Origin: the human T2T-CHM13v2.0 reference genome, Homo sapiens
DNA length: 64,000 nucleotides
Direction: 5' to 3' (one strand)
Assembly (NCBI RefSeq): GCF_009914755.1
Contig: NC_060928.1
Positions 1-19,216 of this stretch are shown here, piece by piece. The notes beneath the pieces were generated by a model. The model did no database searches. It was given only the letters and a program-made list of their open reading frames with translations, and had not been told where the DNA came from. Within the stretch, counting starts at the first letter, position 1. Each line of letters opens with the position of its first letter. Both the position numbers and the translations under genes were made by a program.

Positions 1-98
1 ATTAATAAATACGAGCATGTATTTCCTCCAGGAGAAAATACATATTGATTTCCAGAGAGTGATGGAAGTCTTTTAAAATATAAATTATAATAATAAAT

Positions 99-2454
<2,356 letters not shown>

Positions 2455-3749
2455 TGCTTACATTTTACATGCATAAATAAGTAATCAAATACAATCAAAA
2501 TTGGAATTAAAGCAATCCAAAAAAAATTTCTTGGGTTGAATATATGTTTGATTGAGTTAGAATTTATTTCAGAAGAAAACAATTTTATAGACTAAGATTA
2601 CATAATGAAGACTATTGATATTTATTTTTACTTTTTATTTATATGATGTTCTACCTAATGCTAATATCTTTAAAGTTGAAACAGTTGTACTTTTGGGTTG
2701 CTTCAGGGTTATAAATTTCTATACATTCTACACAGGTCAGATATGGAGAAAATTTTTTAAAAATTAATCAATGAGAAGACTGAACATTTTTTAGCCAATC
2801 TATTAGCTAATAGAAAATATCACTTTGCCAAGTGAGTGTAATACAGCATGCGCAGCCCTTTTAAACCTCAAAGTAAAATTCACCTGAATTATATTTATAA
2901 GAATAACAAAAAACAGAGACAAACTATTTAATATTTATAAAAGAAACCTTACAATTTATTTTTGTATGCCAGAGATAAAAAAATCACAAAAAATTAAAGA
3001 ATGAGAAGTTATTTTGTTCTACCTTTACAACGTGTCATGCAACATAATCCAGCAGTCTGAGACATGATTGAGGATAACTCCTCTACTAAACATGCAGAAA
3101 TGGAAGATAAAATGTACCAAAAGTTTTAAAAATAAGTACTTGATGTATAAATTAAGAACATGAAATTCCTGGATTGCAGACACAAAAAAGAAAGTAAAAT
3201 CTGAATAATGAGAAATACCTAAAGCCTAGTATCTCATAGTACCTTGAAATCAGGTATACAAAGTGCAGCCTTGAAAAGTGCTTGAGTAATGCACAAATGT
3301 TCACAAATAAAAGTTCTGGCTTTGGAGTTGTGAAATATTCCTAATTCAGTATTATTAAACTCATGTAACTCAGAGATAATGTTTTTGCCCTGTCTATGAC
3401 CAGGAGCTAAACAATAGTACTCTACATAAAGATAGTCGCTTATTTTCCATGAAACAGGAGTCAGAAAAATTTCACCCAGTAGTGCCAAGATGCTGCAAGG
3501 AACAAGGAAGACAGCTTATCTTTTATTTAGAGTAATAGCTGGCGAAAGAATCACTCATTCAGAGAGAAAATGGACTCAAAGCCAAAATTCTTCATGCAAT
3601 GCAGTAATCTCAAACTGTGTAATTAATGTCAATAACCATAAAAACCTTATTTGTCTTAAAGTGAAATATGTTAGGTCCTTAAAAAGACAATTGTAAAACC
3701 ACATAATAGGAATGACTCCATATTCTAGAGAACCTGTAAATATCACTAA

Positions 3750-5300
3750 AACTCTCCAAAGGTAAGCTCAGTAAAATTTTACAAACTGCCATGAGAGAGA
3801 CAATAGATACAAAAATGGAAGAATTTACATATGAAGAATTACAGATATTAGAGACTCTCTGAAAAACAGACTTTAATCATCTACAATTTTTTAATAACAA
3901 TAAATAAAAGCATAGAATCCATAAGGCAAAAGGTAGACATTATGGAAATAAAACAGGTGGGTTTGCAAAATAATTTTTAAAATTACAGAAATGGAAATAT
4001 AGTCATTAAAATAGATTGAATATTAAAGTAGACAGAGCAGAAGAGAGAATTGGAAGATAGGTCTGAAGGAATGACTGAAACCACATTGTATAGAGATGGA
4101 AATTAAGAAAAAGAGGATAAACATGGGTTGACCAACACACATTTAATCAGAGTTACAAAAGGAAAGGGAAAGAGGAAAAAGGAAATATTCAGGGAAATGA
4201 TGAATGATATAGTTCTAAAGGAAGATATGCATTGTTAGATTAAAAAGAAAAAACCTGAGGTCCAAGCAAGATTAAAAAAGTAAAATTACTACACTTAGAT
4301 ACTTTATAATGACAGTAAAAATAAAATTATTTTCAGGCATTCCAAACATTAGTATTTTTTTTAACTCATGGCACATGATGAAAAACTACTGAAGAGTGTA
4401 TTTCAACAAGAAGGACTGGGACTGGGAAAGAAGTAATGAATATAAGAAGAAACAGAGGCAACTAATCATATGGTAAAATGTTCTGTAAATTTAACTAAGT
4501 ATTGGAGGTAAAAGAAGATAATGACTAATGGACTTGTGGTTCAGGACATGATAGGATAGTGCCCATCAAGTTACCTCCCACTGAAAACAACTATAAAAGA
4601 TGTAAAGTATTAAACAGCAATTGAAACAAGCAGGTCATGAGGTGCTAGGATCCTTGACATGAGAAAAGTTCATGAGGTTGGTTCCGCATTTGCATGATTT
4701 TCCTCAGTTCCAGAAGATGGTTTTTAAAAATTATTTCTTTGATTGTTTACTTCCCTAGTCATTTGCTCTTTCTTTCTGTTTTCCTAGTATGAATGTCAAA
4801 ATCCTGCATTGTTCTTCCTTCAGTTTCAACCTTTCTCTTGAAGGTTTCTTACTTTCTTTTATATTTTGGAAAATTTCTTTTACTTTTCTTGACAAATCTT
4901 CCACTACATTTTTTATTTCAGCTTTTACATTTTTACTGACATCTGTTTAACTCTCTAAATGGCCTTTTATCAAAGGATTCTATTCTCTTTTATGTATTTA
5001 ACATCATACTATATCAAATAGAATTATTTTTTGTGTTCTCTAAAATATCTGTTTTCCTTAGTATCAGTTTTGTTTTGTTTTGTTTTTTCCAATTGCCTAT
5101 TCTTTCTTTTTTGTTGTTGGTTTTCTCAAACATTGAGTGATCCTTATGGGTTCATTCGTATTTATGAACAAATGGCTAGGCTGGTTAATTTACAGATTCT
5201 TTTACTCCAAAGGCTTTTCTCTGACTTGAAGTCTCACTGTATAACTTGCCCATGTTTATAGGCTACTGAGACTGCTAATCATCACTTGGGTGTGTGTTCA
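3750..5300. mobile_element. Highly decayed old L1M/HAL1 ORF1- and 5'UTR-like fragments in both orientations
   Basis: A-rich ORF1-like wording (GTAGACAGAGCAGAAGAGAGAATT) on plus, then a T-rich counterpart on minus. Boundaries approximate. Confidence 0.45.
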
Positions 5301-5789
5301 CAAGGCGCAGGCAGCCTGGATTATCCCTCATTACTAATGCTGAAATAAGTATGGCTTTAATCTGAAAAGGAAAAATGTATAAAATTACCCTGGCATCTTT
5401 TAGTCATTTTGCTTCATTTCCCCAGAGAACAATTTTCAAGCTGTATACTAGGGCCATAGTTTTGTGGTTTTGGTTGGTAGTCTTCTAGTTATAAATTATG
5501 GATCTTTCTCTTCCTTGAACCACTTTCCCCAAATCTACGTTAGATTAAATTTATAACCCCAAACCCATAGAAATTTGTTCTTTTCATATTTTTGGCTGTA
5601 CAGATGAACATTTATTTTTTCTATTTTAAATCTGAATTAAATGTGTACTGCAAATTATGGTATCTTTCAACTTAATTTCAATTTTTTTCATTGTAAAAAA
5701 TGAGTAACTGAAATGTAGTTAGAGTCAAATGTGCTAACTCAAATTCTTCATTTGAAACAGTATAATTTAAAATGTCACCCCAGCACTCA

Positions 5790-6271
5790 ACTCTTTCCTT
5801 GTGCGCCAGGTATCTTCTGTTTGCCTCCTATGCCCACATTCTGCCCAGTTATTCATCCTAGTTTCTGCCTTGGGAGACTGACCTTGTGCACCCCAAGGAA
5901 CAAAGGCTTCCTGTTGGATTGATGTATTGGGATATCCTGGCCCTAGATTGGAAGAGAAGTGCGAGTGAGGTCAGGGTGTTCACTTAATCTCCTTTACTGC
6001 ACTTTGAGGGCTGCTGTGTTCCTGCACCTAACAATGCTGCTGTGCTTCTCCAGGTGACCTTCTCTCTAATATTCTCTTCTGAGTTTCCTCTTCTTATTAA
6101 GGCTTGGGTATCAACTGTTTCTGCTTCACTGCAACTAACTCCAAGTTACTCAAGTGTTTCCTTATACCTATACCACACCTTTGTAAATAGTTTATTTGTA
6201 AATAAGCATTCCTCAAATTACTCTAATTTGAATGTACAATCTGTTTCCTGTTGGGACCCTGACAGATATAC
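5790..6271 (+). mobile_element. ERVL solo LTR, LTR33-like
   Basis: 3' end CCACACCTTTGTAAATAG...TCTGTTTCCTGTTGGGACCCTGACAGATA. Resembles the copy at 58510-58985. Confidence 0.6.
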
Positions 6272-7582
6272 TTTGGAAACAGACATTAACACTCCAGAAG
6301 AAAATTTGGCTGCAAATTCTTTGACTAAAACTATTGAAATAAAATATCTTATGAAATAATCTTCTTTAGGTTTGTAATGTATATGAACATTAGCAATCTA
6401 TAAACAAATATGTATTAGCATTATGGTTGAAATTGGCCCTGAAATGTCTGTAAGTTGTATAACATCCTGGCGTCTCAGTCTCTTTGTCAGTAATATGAGA
6501 CTGTTAAAGGACTGGATTTATTGCCTCAGACAAGTATCATCATGATTAGTATATATTTGCTAAGCATCCACAAGTTGTAAGATCCTTGTGCTGAGTGCTA
6601 AGCATGCATTAAACAAAACAAAACTCACTTGTACTTAGAGGTATTATAGCATAGGTACTGAGATAGGACATGATTACATGGCCTATATGCTTATCAGAAA
6701 AAAGATAAATCAGCTAAAATTTACTTTATTTTCAGGAGCTTTTGGTGTTGGGGGGAGGAGGAGGTAAAATAGTTTCTCGAAAAACTGTATGCTCCTATAC
6801 TAAAAGTTATTCTTCAAAAAGGCCATTATAATGTAAAATTGGGGGTTCTTAATTTTAAAAGTTGGAAAATTGTAACCATGAAAGCTGATGTATATATTTT
6901 TCATTGCATAACGATCCCCTCTGAGAATATAAAATATATTTCTATCAAATCCTTTACAAACTGTTAATAATGGCCACATGGTGCTGATGGGACAACCTTC
7001 ACTGCTACAATCCTTGAATCACTGCCATTTATATATTTTACGAACTCAGCATACTTGGAAAACAACTTGAAATCAATTCTACCAATTAATATATCTTCTA
7101 AAAGTTCTGCAACTCTTTGACTTCATCACAATTACCCTCCGGTTCATGTCAATAAATAAAAAGATTACATTTTCAAAATGTCTGTCAGAGATTTTGTTGA
7201 AGTAAGAGTTAAGATGATTTGATTCCTATTTGTCCGTGTGTGTTGCGGGGACAGGGAGTGGGGGAGTGGTTAGTGCGGCAGGAGGACTTTGACCACTTTC
7301 AAAGGATCCTTAGCCTCCTATCCTTGCCCAGCTTCAGTTTTTCCATTAAAGATAATACTTTTTAGTCATTGCTGTAGTTTGAAATCTCATGGATTCTATT
7401 GTTTTCTGACAGAGATTATCTTTTGTGCAAATTCCAGGCAACTGTTATTAAGAGATGATAACAAGCTTTAAAGTAGCTGAAGTTCAGAGTACAGATAACC
7501 AAAAAATATAATAGAAAGAAAAAATAAATTTTAAAGATTGTTGCTGAAATCTGAAGAGTGCCTGTTGTAAAAAAAGATCATC

Positions 7583-7901
<319 letters not shown>

Positions 7902-8235
7902 CTAAGAGTTAGGCAGTAGAATTCCAGCAATGATGGAGAAGGAAGCCTGCCACATGTGCCCCAGAGAACAAGGGAATCTCATAAAAAGATGTTCCCAAGA
8001 GTGGATCAATGGTATTCTTAGGGCACAAGAGGAGGGAATGAATTAATTCCTTATTTCCGTATTTTCTTCAGTATTTCTTTATTATCTTTGTGGGACACCA
8101 TAGGTAAAGCATTTAGCTAATTTGCAGAATTTATTGTAGACATAATGCCTCAAAATGAGTAATATTTAGGCAAGGCAGATCAGGCAGGCAAAACATTCCA
8201 GGAAAGTGGAGGTTTTTTGGTGTAATTGACCTTAA

Positions 8236-8602
<367 letters not shown>

Positions 8603-8716
8603 TCAGAAATTCAATTTTTTCTTCTCCTTAAACATTTCTGATTCTCAAGAGGGAATATCTACTCTGAAATATTTATTTATTGGTTTTTGTTTTGAGTTTC
8701 TTATATGCCTAAAATT

Positions 8717-10845
<2,129 letters not shown>

Positions 10846-11126
10846 GGAAGACAGAGCTCAAGACATCTCTAAAGCCAAATTATGCAACCCTTAGTGCTTC
10901 TGGGAACCCTGCTTGTATATGTCTGTAATGTCAAGCCCAAGGATTCCCTGATGACCAGGTAGCCCACAATGTTCCTTGGCTGCTTTGTGTTTCCTCTTTC
11001 CTCTGGTTCAGTACAGATCACCTTTGTTTTCGTGAAGCAAAATGGTTCTGAAATAGGGAGGAAGAGAAAAAGCTTCCTTCTTATCCCTTCTCACTTCCAC
11101 AGTCCCATGGTTTTAGCTTTACTGGC

Positions 11127-13554
11127 TTCTATGGTCTGAATGTGTTCTCTAAAATTCACATGTTGGAACTTAATTGCCAATTTAATAATATTAATAGGTG
11201 GGGCCTTTAGGAGGTGATTAAGTCATGAGGGCACAGCCTTCATGAATGACATTAATGTCCTTATAAAAGGACTTAAGGGACTAGCTAGGTCCTTTTTTTG
11301 CCTTTCTATCCCTTCTGCCATGTGAAGGCAGTGTTCAAGGTGCCATCTTGGAAGCAGAGACCAGGCTCTCACCAAACACTGAAACTGCCTTGATCTTGGA
11401 ATTCCCATCCTCCTGAACTGTGAGAAATAAATTTCTGTTGCTTATAAATTACCTAGTCTCAGATATATTGTTATAGAAGCATGGATGAGCTAAGAAGTTT
11501 GTACTGAGAAGTGGAGTGTCACTCTAACAAATACCTAAAAATATGGAAGCAGTTTTGGAGCTGGGTAATGGGTAAGGGTTATCCTGATGAGGGCTTGGAA
11601 GAAGAGGGGGGCTGTAGAGAGAGTCTGAATCTTCTTAGAGATTACATACAGAATGATCATAGAAATATGGATAGTAAAGGCAATTATGATGAAGTCTTAG
11701 ATAGAAATCAGAAAAAAAGTGTTAGAAATTTGAGAGAAGATTATCTTTGTTATAAAGTAGCAAAGAACCTGGCTGTTCTTTATGTCTTATTGTTTTGTGG
11801 AAAGCAGAACTTGACAGAAATGAACTAGGATATTTGGCAAAAGAAATTTCTAAGCAAAGCATTCAGGATGTTGCATGGCTTCTCTTGACTGCTTATAGTA
11901 GAATGTGAGAAGGAAAAAGTGAATTAAATATGGAATTTATAATTAAAAGAGAAGCAAGTAAAAAGCTGGAGAATTTTCAGCCTGTGAAAAATGAGCAAGT
12001 GTGTTTTGGAGAGAACACCAAAGGAGTGGCCATACAAACGTTTGATAAGGAAATTAGTATGCATAGAACTAATCTAGATGCTATTTATCAAGACAGTGGA
12101 GGAATGATCCCAAAGACATTTCAGAGATCTCCAAAATTGTCACTCCCATCACAGGTCCAGAGTGCCAGGGCCTTGAGAGAAAAATGGTTCCAAGGGATGG
12201 GCCCAAGGCTCCTGTGGGATCTTGGACTCACTTCCCAGGTCTGCCTCAAGTTTCTGCTCCATGCATTCTGTTGCAGCACTCCTTAGCCACCCCAACTATT
12301 GCTCAAATAAATCCAGGTGTGGCTGAGGCCACCACGCTGGAGGAAGTGGTAAATCTTGACAGTGTCCCAGTGGTGCCAACTCTATAGGTGCACAGAGTGC
12401 ATAGGCTATGAAGGCATGTTAACTTCACCTAGATTTCAAGAGATGCCTCAGAGAGCCTCAGAGCCCAGGTACAGAACAGCCACAGGGGTGAGGCCATTGC
12501 AGAGAACATCTGATAGGGCAATGTTCAACAAAACCATGGGGTGGTGGCAGCCACAGAGAACCGCAATTATGATAATGCTTAGTGAAGCCATGGATACAGG
12601 ACCACCCCTTCAATCACAGACCTCCACCAGTGTGCAACATTAGCCTGGGAGAGCCACAGGCATGTGACTCCAACTCAAATGAGAGGTGCCACATCAGCTA
12701 TGCTCAGCAGAGCTATAAGACCAGGACTGCTGGTTGCCTTGGGGGGCCCAACTCTGCCTCAGTGTGTTCGGCAAGTGGGACATGTAGACAAAGAAGGTTA
12801 TTCTCAAGCTTCAAAGTTTGATGTTGTTTGCCTTGTGGGGTTTTGGACTTTCTGGGAGCTGTTGCTCTTTTCTTCTTGCCTATTTCTGTCTGTTGGAATG
12901 GGAATGTCTATACTATGCCTATCCCACCATTGTATTTTGGAAGCACATAACTTGTTTGATTTCACAGGCTCATAGCTGAAGGGAAAATTTGCCTCAGAAT
13001 GAATCATACCTTGAGTCTCACCCATATCTGATTTAGGTGATATTTAGATAAGACCCTGGACTTCAGACTTTTGAGTTGGTGATGGGGTGAATTAAGGCTT
13101 TTGAAGTTATTATGATGGAATAATTATATTTTACAAATGAGAAGTACATAAACTTTGGGGATCAGAGGTGAAGTGCTGTTGTCTGAATGTGTCCCCTAAA
13201 ATTCACATGTTGAAAATTAATGGCCAATGCGATAGTATTAAGAGATTGGGCTGTTAGGACATGATTGAGTCATGAGTGCAGAGCCCTCATAAATAAAATT
13301 AGAGACTTATGAAAGGGCTGGAGGAAACTAGCTAGGCCCCGTTCCTCTCTTGTTTCCACCATGTGAGGACACAGTGTCCATCACCTCTAGAAGAAACAAC
13401 AAGGTGCCTTCTTGGAAGAAGAGGCCCTTACCAGACACTGAATCTCCTGGTGCCTTGATCTTGGGCTTCTCAGCCTTCAGAACTGTGAGAAATAAATTTT
13501 GTAAATTACCTAGTCTGAAGTATTTTGGGATAGCAGCACAAAAGAACTAAGACA
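11127..13554 (+). mobile_element. Complete MaLR element (MST/MLT1A class): 5' LTR ~11127-11496, internal region, 3' LTR ~13174-13554
   Basis: Two homologous LTRs (GTCTGAATGTG...AAAATTCACATGTTG...AACTGTGAGAAATAAATTT...CTAAGA) flank a ~1.7-kb MaLR internal region. Degenerate 5-bp TSD CTGGC/TTGGA. Confidence 0.88.
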
Positions 13555-13929
13555 TTGGATTAGTACCCAACCATTTTCCCTAGGCTACATTCATGTCAAT
13601 TTGGCAGGAAGCTGTGTTTAGATAGGCATGCACCCTCCATCCCACTTTTTGATGAGAACTGGCTTTGCCCATAAAACTGTGGTAAAGACAGGGACTTTCT
13701 GATGTAGACTCCTTTCCTTGAGGTAAGTTTCATCTTAGAGCTCTTCAAACCTATGTAAACAAGCAGATGTAAATCTATGAATAGAAGTGCACCACTTGGC
13801 TCTGCAACAGTCAAATTCCAAAAGCCAATGTATACAGTGAAGAAATGGTGAGCCTCACACCCTCACCCACATAATCTATCTTATTGCAGGAGAAGAGGGG
13901 CATCCATTTAGAGCAGAGAAAGTTGAAAT

Positions 13930-14380
13930 ACAGTGGTGTGTAAGAAAAACAAGAAACAGTGCAGTGCTTTTCATAGTAAAGTGTATGACAGGGTGAAACT
14001 GGACAACTAGGTAGGAACCAGGTGACAGAAGGCCTCCTATAATATGTAAAGCCATCTGAACTTTATTCTTAATACAGAGCCATTAAACAGAGAGTATATA
14101 GTCAGATTTATATGTTAGCTAGTCTCTCCAGCTATGAGATTATTGATGTAAGGAGAACATAAATACCACATACTAGTCAGGATACTTTGTAGCACAAAGA
14201 TATATTCATGACCTTAATTAATGCCATAACAGTTGGGATAGTTTTCCTGGAAATGAAATGAGAGGATTGAGAAATATTTAGTATACAAAACAAGCATCAT
14301 GTAATGAATGATCAGATGGGTGGGAGAGATGTTAGTGAAGGAAAGAAGTTTAGGATGACTCCTGTGTTCCTGGCCTCTAT
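13930..14380 (-). mobile_element. L2 fragment
   Basis: Decayed L2 antisense wording (GAACTTTATTCTT, TTTAGGATGACTCC...TTCCTGGCC). Confidence 0.5.
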
Positions 14381-14568
14381 TAAATATATTTTTATGTTGA
14401 GTAGGTCAGGAGAAATTTACATGCTAGTTTTAGCGTCACATCAAATCTTGACAACTTTTGAATTATTTGTTAATAAATCAATTGATTTGAACTGTATTTT
14501 TGAGGTGTTTACTTAAGATTGAGTTTGAGGCATATTTCACAGAAAATTTAAATCACTACTATAATAAA

Positions 14569-14870
14569 TTTTTTTTTTTTTTTTTTTTGAGAGAGTCTTG
14601 CTCTTTCGCCCAGTCCTGACTGCAGTGGTGCTATCTCAGCAGCTCACTGCAAGCTCCGCCTCCCGGGTTCACGCCATTCTCCTGCCTCAGCCTCCTGAGT
14701 AGCTGGGACTACAGGTGCCTGCCACCGCGCCCGGCTAATTTTTTGTATTTTTAGTAGACACGGGGTTTCACTGTGTTAGCCAGGATGGTGTCGATCTCCT
14801 GACCTCGTGGTCTGCCCGCCTCAGCCCCCCAAAGTGCTGGGATTACAGGCGTGAGCCACCACTCCCGGCC
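14569..14870 (-). mobile_element. AluY-family element (AluYk-like right arm)
   Basis: AluY motifs plus right-arm variants CTTTCGCCC...GACTGCAGTGGTGCTATCTC. Poly(T) at the left end. Confidence 0.88.
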
Positions 14871-16126
14871 TAGTATAACAATTCTTCATTGTTATGTTAA
14901 CCTACAATGTCCTCAAAATAGATAACATTTAATATACTACAAACAATGGATAATAGAAATCATTTATTCTCTCCATATATCCATCTGTCCTAGAAGGCTT
15001 AAAATGAGCCCCTCCTTTTTATTAAGGAATTTTTAACATAGGAAAAAATTTCAGAATGCTACCAGACTTGGTTTTCTGGCAGATTCTCCTCAACATAACT
15101 GTGGAGATGATGAGACATAAATAATCTGGATAACTGGTTAATTGAGTTAGTTTTTCATTTTCCAAGTAATTTATTAACTATATTTATTGAGATGGAAATA
15201 CGTCCATGAAAAGGAGGCCCTGGAGAAACTCATTTCATGTATTCCTGGAAAAGAAGATTGTTGAACCCAGCAAATATCTGCTATTTTTTTCTTTTAGATA
15301 CCAAAATGCATACTTACATCAGCCAAAGACAGAAAATGCTTAGACATTCCACTTGATACCTGTATTTATGTGCTTCAAACTATGCTTCCAGTTTCAATGT
15401 TTTAAACTCAATTAGAAATACAATGGGTAAAGTTTATTTCTCATTTCTAATTTGATTTAAGTGTTTGTGGTGATGAAAATGATAATGTTCACCACGGCAT
15501 TAATTTCAAAGAAAATGACTACTCAAGTTCTTTCTGTGTTTTTCAAAAAGAAAAATGCCATAGATTCACATTACATATTCAGCATAAAGTTCATCCTAAG
15601 CCCTGTCATTCATTAAAATACACATCTCACTTTCAAAGTTGCATTTCATGAACAAATTTAACTTGTTTAACAGCATGCCCAATTCTATCCTACACAGTCA
15701 TTGTATAGTATAGTCAATTTACATTTAAAGATAAATCAGCTTCAAAAGGGTAACTGAAATGTCAATGTCATTAGAGTCAGATGGAAATTGAGGCAATTCA
15801 ATCAAGGAGAAAGGAGACATTGATCTTGTGGTCACACCATCCCTCATCTCCAGTATCCCTTCTACTCTTGTTCCATTGACTTTCAATAATCAGGTTCCAG
15901 AAGCATGAGATGATCTTGACTGAAATAGAGCTAGTTAAATGGGATTGACAGTATTTACTCAGTGCCCATTACAAATACTAGAGAGGAGAAAGTATGAATT
16001 TGTTTATTGCAGCAAAAATATTTATTGAACAGGTACTGTATGCAGGAAACTGTGCAAAGTCCTGTGAGTTCACCAGTGATCAAAATGGGTCAGGCTCCTC
16101 AAATTGAATAGGTGCATTAGGTTTCA

Positions 16127-16438
<312 letters not shown>

Positions 16439-17184
16439 CTATTCTACGGATCAGATCTCGTATAGACTTCTTACCAAACTCCCACACTTATCTATTTCTC
16501 ATTGCTTCCAAATTGGGCTACATCATGAACCTGAAAGAGCTTCTGGTACCACTGACCATGGAGATACACCTGGCCCCGGGTTTGGAGAGTTGAAACGCTG
16601 GCTGCTCCCCATGTCAACAGGATAAGCTAGCAGATCAGCAGTAATGTGTCTGTGCTACAAAGGTGCCTGGTCCTATATCAATCTTCAGAGAAAATGATTT
16701 CTGCTTTACTTGGGTATTCCAAATCTCACACAAATTTTTTTCTAATAGTCAGTCATATTCTGGTCACATTCAGCAAAGGGGATTCTGGGAAATGTGGTTC
16801 CAGCTTAATGTCTCACTGTACATCGCCACCACAAAGATTACACAGTTTTGAGGAGATATTAATCAAATAAGCATGTAAAAGTGCAACTGGTACAATAATA
16901 TGCAAAGGTGGCATAAAGTGCCTTAAGGATTTGACTAGTCAGGCAAGTTAAGAAAAAACTTAAGCTTTTATCTGAAGTATAAGAAAGTTTTTATTACCAA
17001 TCTTAGACATGAAGACGCTGTTTAAAACGTGGAAAGAGCAGGTGCAAATGCCTGATGAGAAGGGCCACAGCTTATGGCTGAATGTATATGTAGAATTTAA
17101 TACTTTGAAATATTAAGTTATATATGTATATGTGTGTATTCGTGCATATGTATGTGTGAATATATGTGTATATAAAGGTATATA

Positions 17185-17586
17185 TTTTTAACTTCTATTT
17201 TAAGTTCAGGGGAACATGTGCAGGTTTGTTTTATAGGTAAACTTGTGTCATGAGGGTTTCTTATACAGATGTTTTCAGCACCCAGGTATTAAGCCTAGTA
17301 CCCATTAGTTAATTTTTCTTATCCTCTCCCTCCTCCCCCTCCCTCACTTCACCCTCTGATAAGCCCCACTGTGTGTTGTTCCCCTCTGTGTGTCCATGTG
17401 TTCTCATCATTTAGCTCCCACTTATAGATGAGAACATGCAGTATTTGGTTTTCTGTTCCTGCATCAGTTTGCTAAGGATAATGGACTCCAGGTCCACCCA
17501 TGTTTCTGTAAAGGTCATGATCTCATTATTTTTGATGGCTGCAAATTATTCCACTGTGTATATGTACCACATTTTCTTTATCCAGT
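17185..17586 (-). mobile_element. Older L1PA (PA13-16-like) 3' UTR
   Basis: TTTTAAGTTCAGGGGAACATGTGCAGGTTTGTT...CCCAGGTATTAAGCCTAGTACCCATTAG. Confidence 0.85.
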
Positions 17587-17590
17587 TTAA

Positions 17591-17730
17591 TTTTTGAGAC
17601 AAGGTCTCACCCTGTCACCCAGGATAGAGTGCTGTGGTGCAATCATGGGTCACTGAAGCCTTGACCATCTGGGTTTAAGCGATCCTCACACTTCAGCCTC
17701 CCAGGTAGCAGGGACCATAGGTGTGTGCTA
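17591..17730 (-). mobile_element. AluJ/FRAM right-arm fragment
   Basis: GAGACAAGGTCTCACCCTGTCACCCAGG...GATCCTCACACTTCAGCCTCCC. Confidence 0.8.
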
Positions 17731-18096
17731 GTTCTATATTTAAATGTAGTGAAATAATATGTAAATATTGTTACAGATGGTTGTGCATGAGATATAATTA
17801 TAGGTAAATATTTACTGAAAGATTAAAACCATTCAATTTATAGATAAATAGGTATATAGTACATACAATGAAAAATCCCAATCGACTAATTTTCAAAATG
17901 TATGAGTTATTTTAAATCAAGGTTATTTGTCAGTTATTAATCTGTGGAAGCTTAAGATCAATACGCTAAGAAAAATAAGTTCATCAGAACAAAACAAATA
18001 TGTAATTATGAAATATCTAAATTCACCCATGTATAAAAATGTATTTATTGTACGCCTAGAGACTGTCAGATTATCATAGCAAGAGCTGAGAATGCA

Positions 18097-18117
18097 TACA
18101 CACACACACACACACAC
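18097..18117 (+). repeat. (CA)n microsatellite
   Basis: Direct reading of the sequence. Confidence 0.85.
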
Positions 18118-18989
18118 CAATCCACTCAGGGAGTTTGCAGCAGAAAGAGGCATGGAAATCAACAATGATAGTACAATGAAGATCTGCTTAAAAGATTATT
18201 AATGTAGGAGTGGGTTTATCAGCAGGGGAATAATATTAGGAGTGATTTAACAAATGAATCATTTAGTAACTGAGCATTCATTGAAGAAGCTTCCATGCAA
18301 AATTAACTCTACTGAAAAGTGAGCACGTTTATTTAGCCCAAATAACTCTGTGCTGCCTGATATTGTTTAAATACAAAAAATGAATGACAATATGCATGTT
18401 GAGGGAGAGGATAAAGATCAAATAGGAAAAGCTTCTACATGAGTTAAGAAATTAAAACTTTATTTTAGCTTTTAGTCCTCAGAACTGTGAGAGAATAAAT
18501 TCCTGTTGTTTAAGCTCAAAAACAAACAAATAAACACCAAAAACCTCTATCTTAGAGCTAAGGGTGGCTAATAGATTTTGACCAGCAAAGATAAATCAGT
18601 AAATTTGCATCTTAAAAAACTAATTTGTAATATTGAAATCCAATTGAAGGTAGACAATACCAATACAGCAATATTTTTACCATTTTATTTTATTTCTTAC
18701 TAATCCTATAAAAAGATGAGACTGAATTCTTGCCTCCCTGTCTCCTGAATTCTTCCAATCAACTCAATTAGGGCCATTTAGTCTTACTTATAGGTACTGA
18801 CATCTCTCAGATTTATAGTATATAGCTCTAGTCTTCTTCATTTATTCAACTCAATAATGTATATAATAAATTTACTCAATCCAGTATTAAGTGCAGCAAA
18901 CATCTCAGAAGTGAAAACTGAAAGAAGGAGCGGGAGGAGGAGAAATAATTAGAAGAAATAACAAGGTGTAAAATGAAGTGGGAAAAATG

Positions 18990-19216
18990 ACTTACTCATG
19001 GGATGTACACCAGGATGAACCTTAAGGTAAACAATGGTCCTTCGGTGACAAGGATGTGTCAGTGTAGGTTCATCATCCATAATAATTGTTCCACTCTGGT
19101 GAAGGATGTTGGTAATGAGGGAGGCTAGGCATGTGTGGGGGCAGGGAGTATATGGGAAATCTCAGTTTGGCTATGAACTTAAAACTGCTCTAAAAAATAA
19201 AGTCTATTTTAAAAAT
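18990..19216 (+). mobile_element. L1MC-type 3' end
   Basis: GTGTCAGTGTAGGTTCATC...GCATGTGTGGGGGCAGGGAGTATATGGGAAATCTC...AAAACTGCTCTAAAAAATAAAGTCT. Confidence 0.8.

Noticed and set aside
11511-12975. Cluster of 67-118-aa ORFs resembling an operon
   Set aside because: All lie in the MaLR internal region, overlap in different frames and show no recognisable domain.
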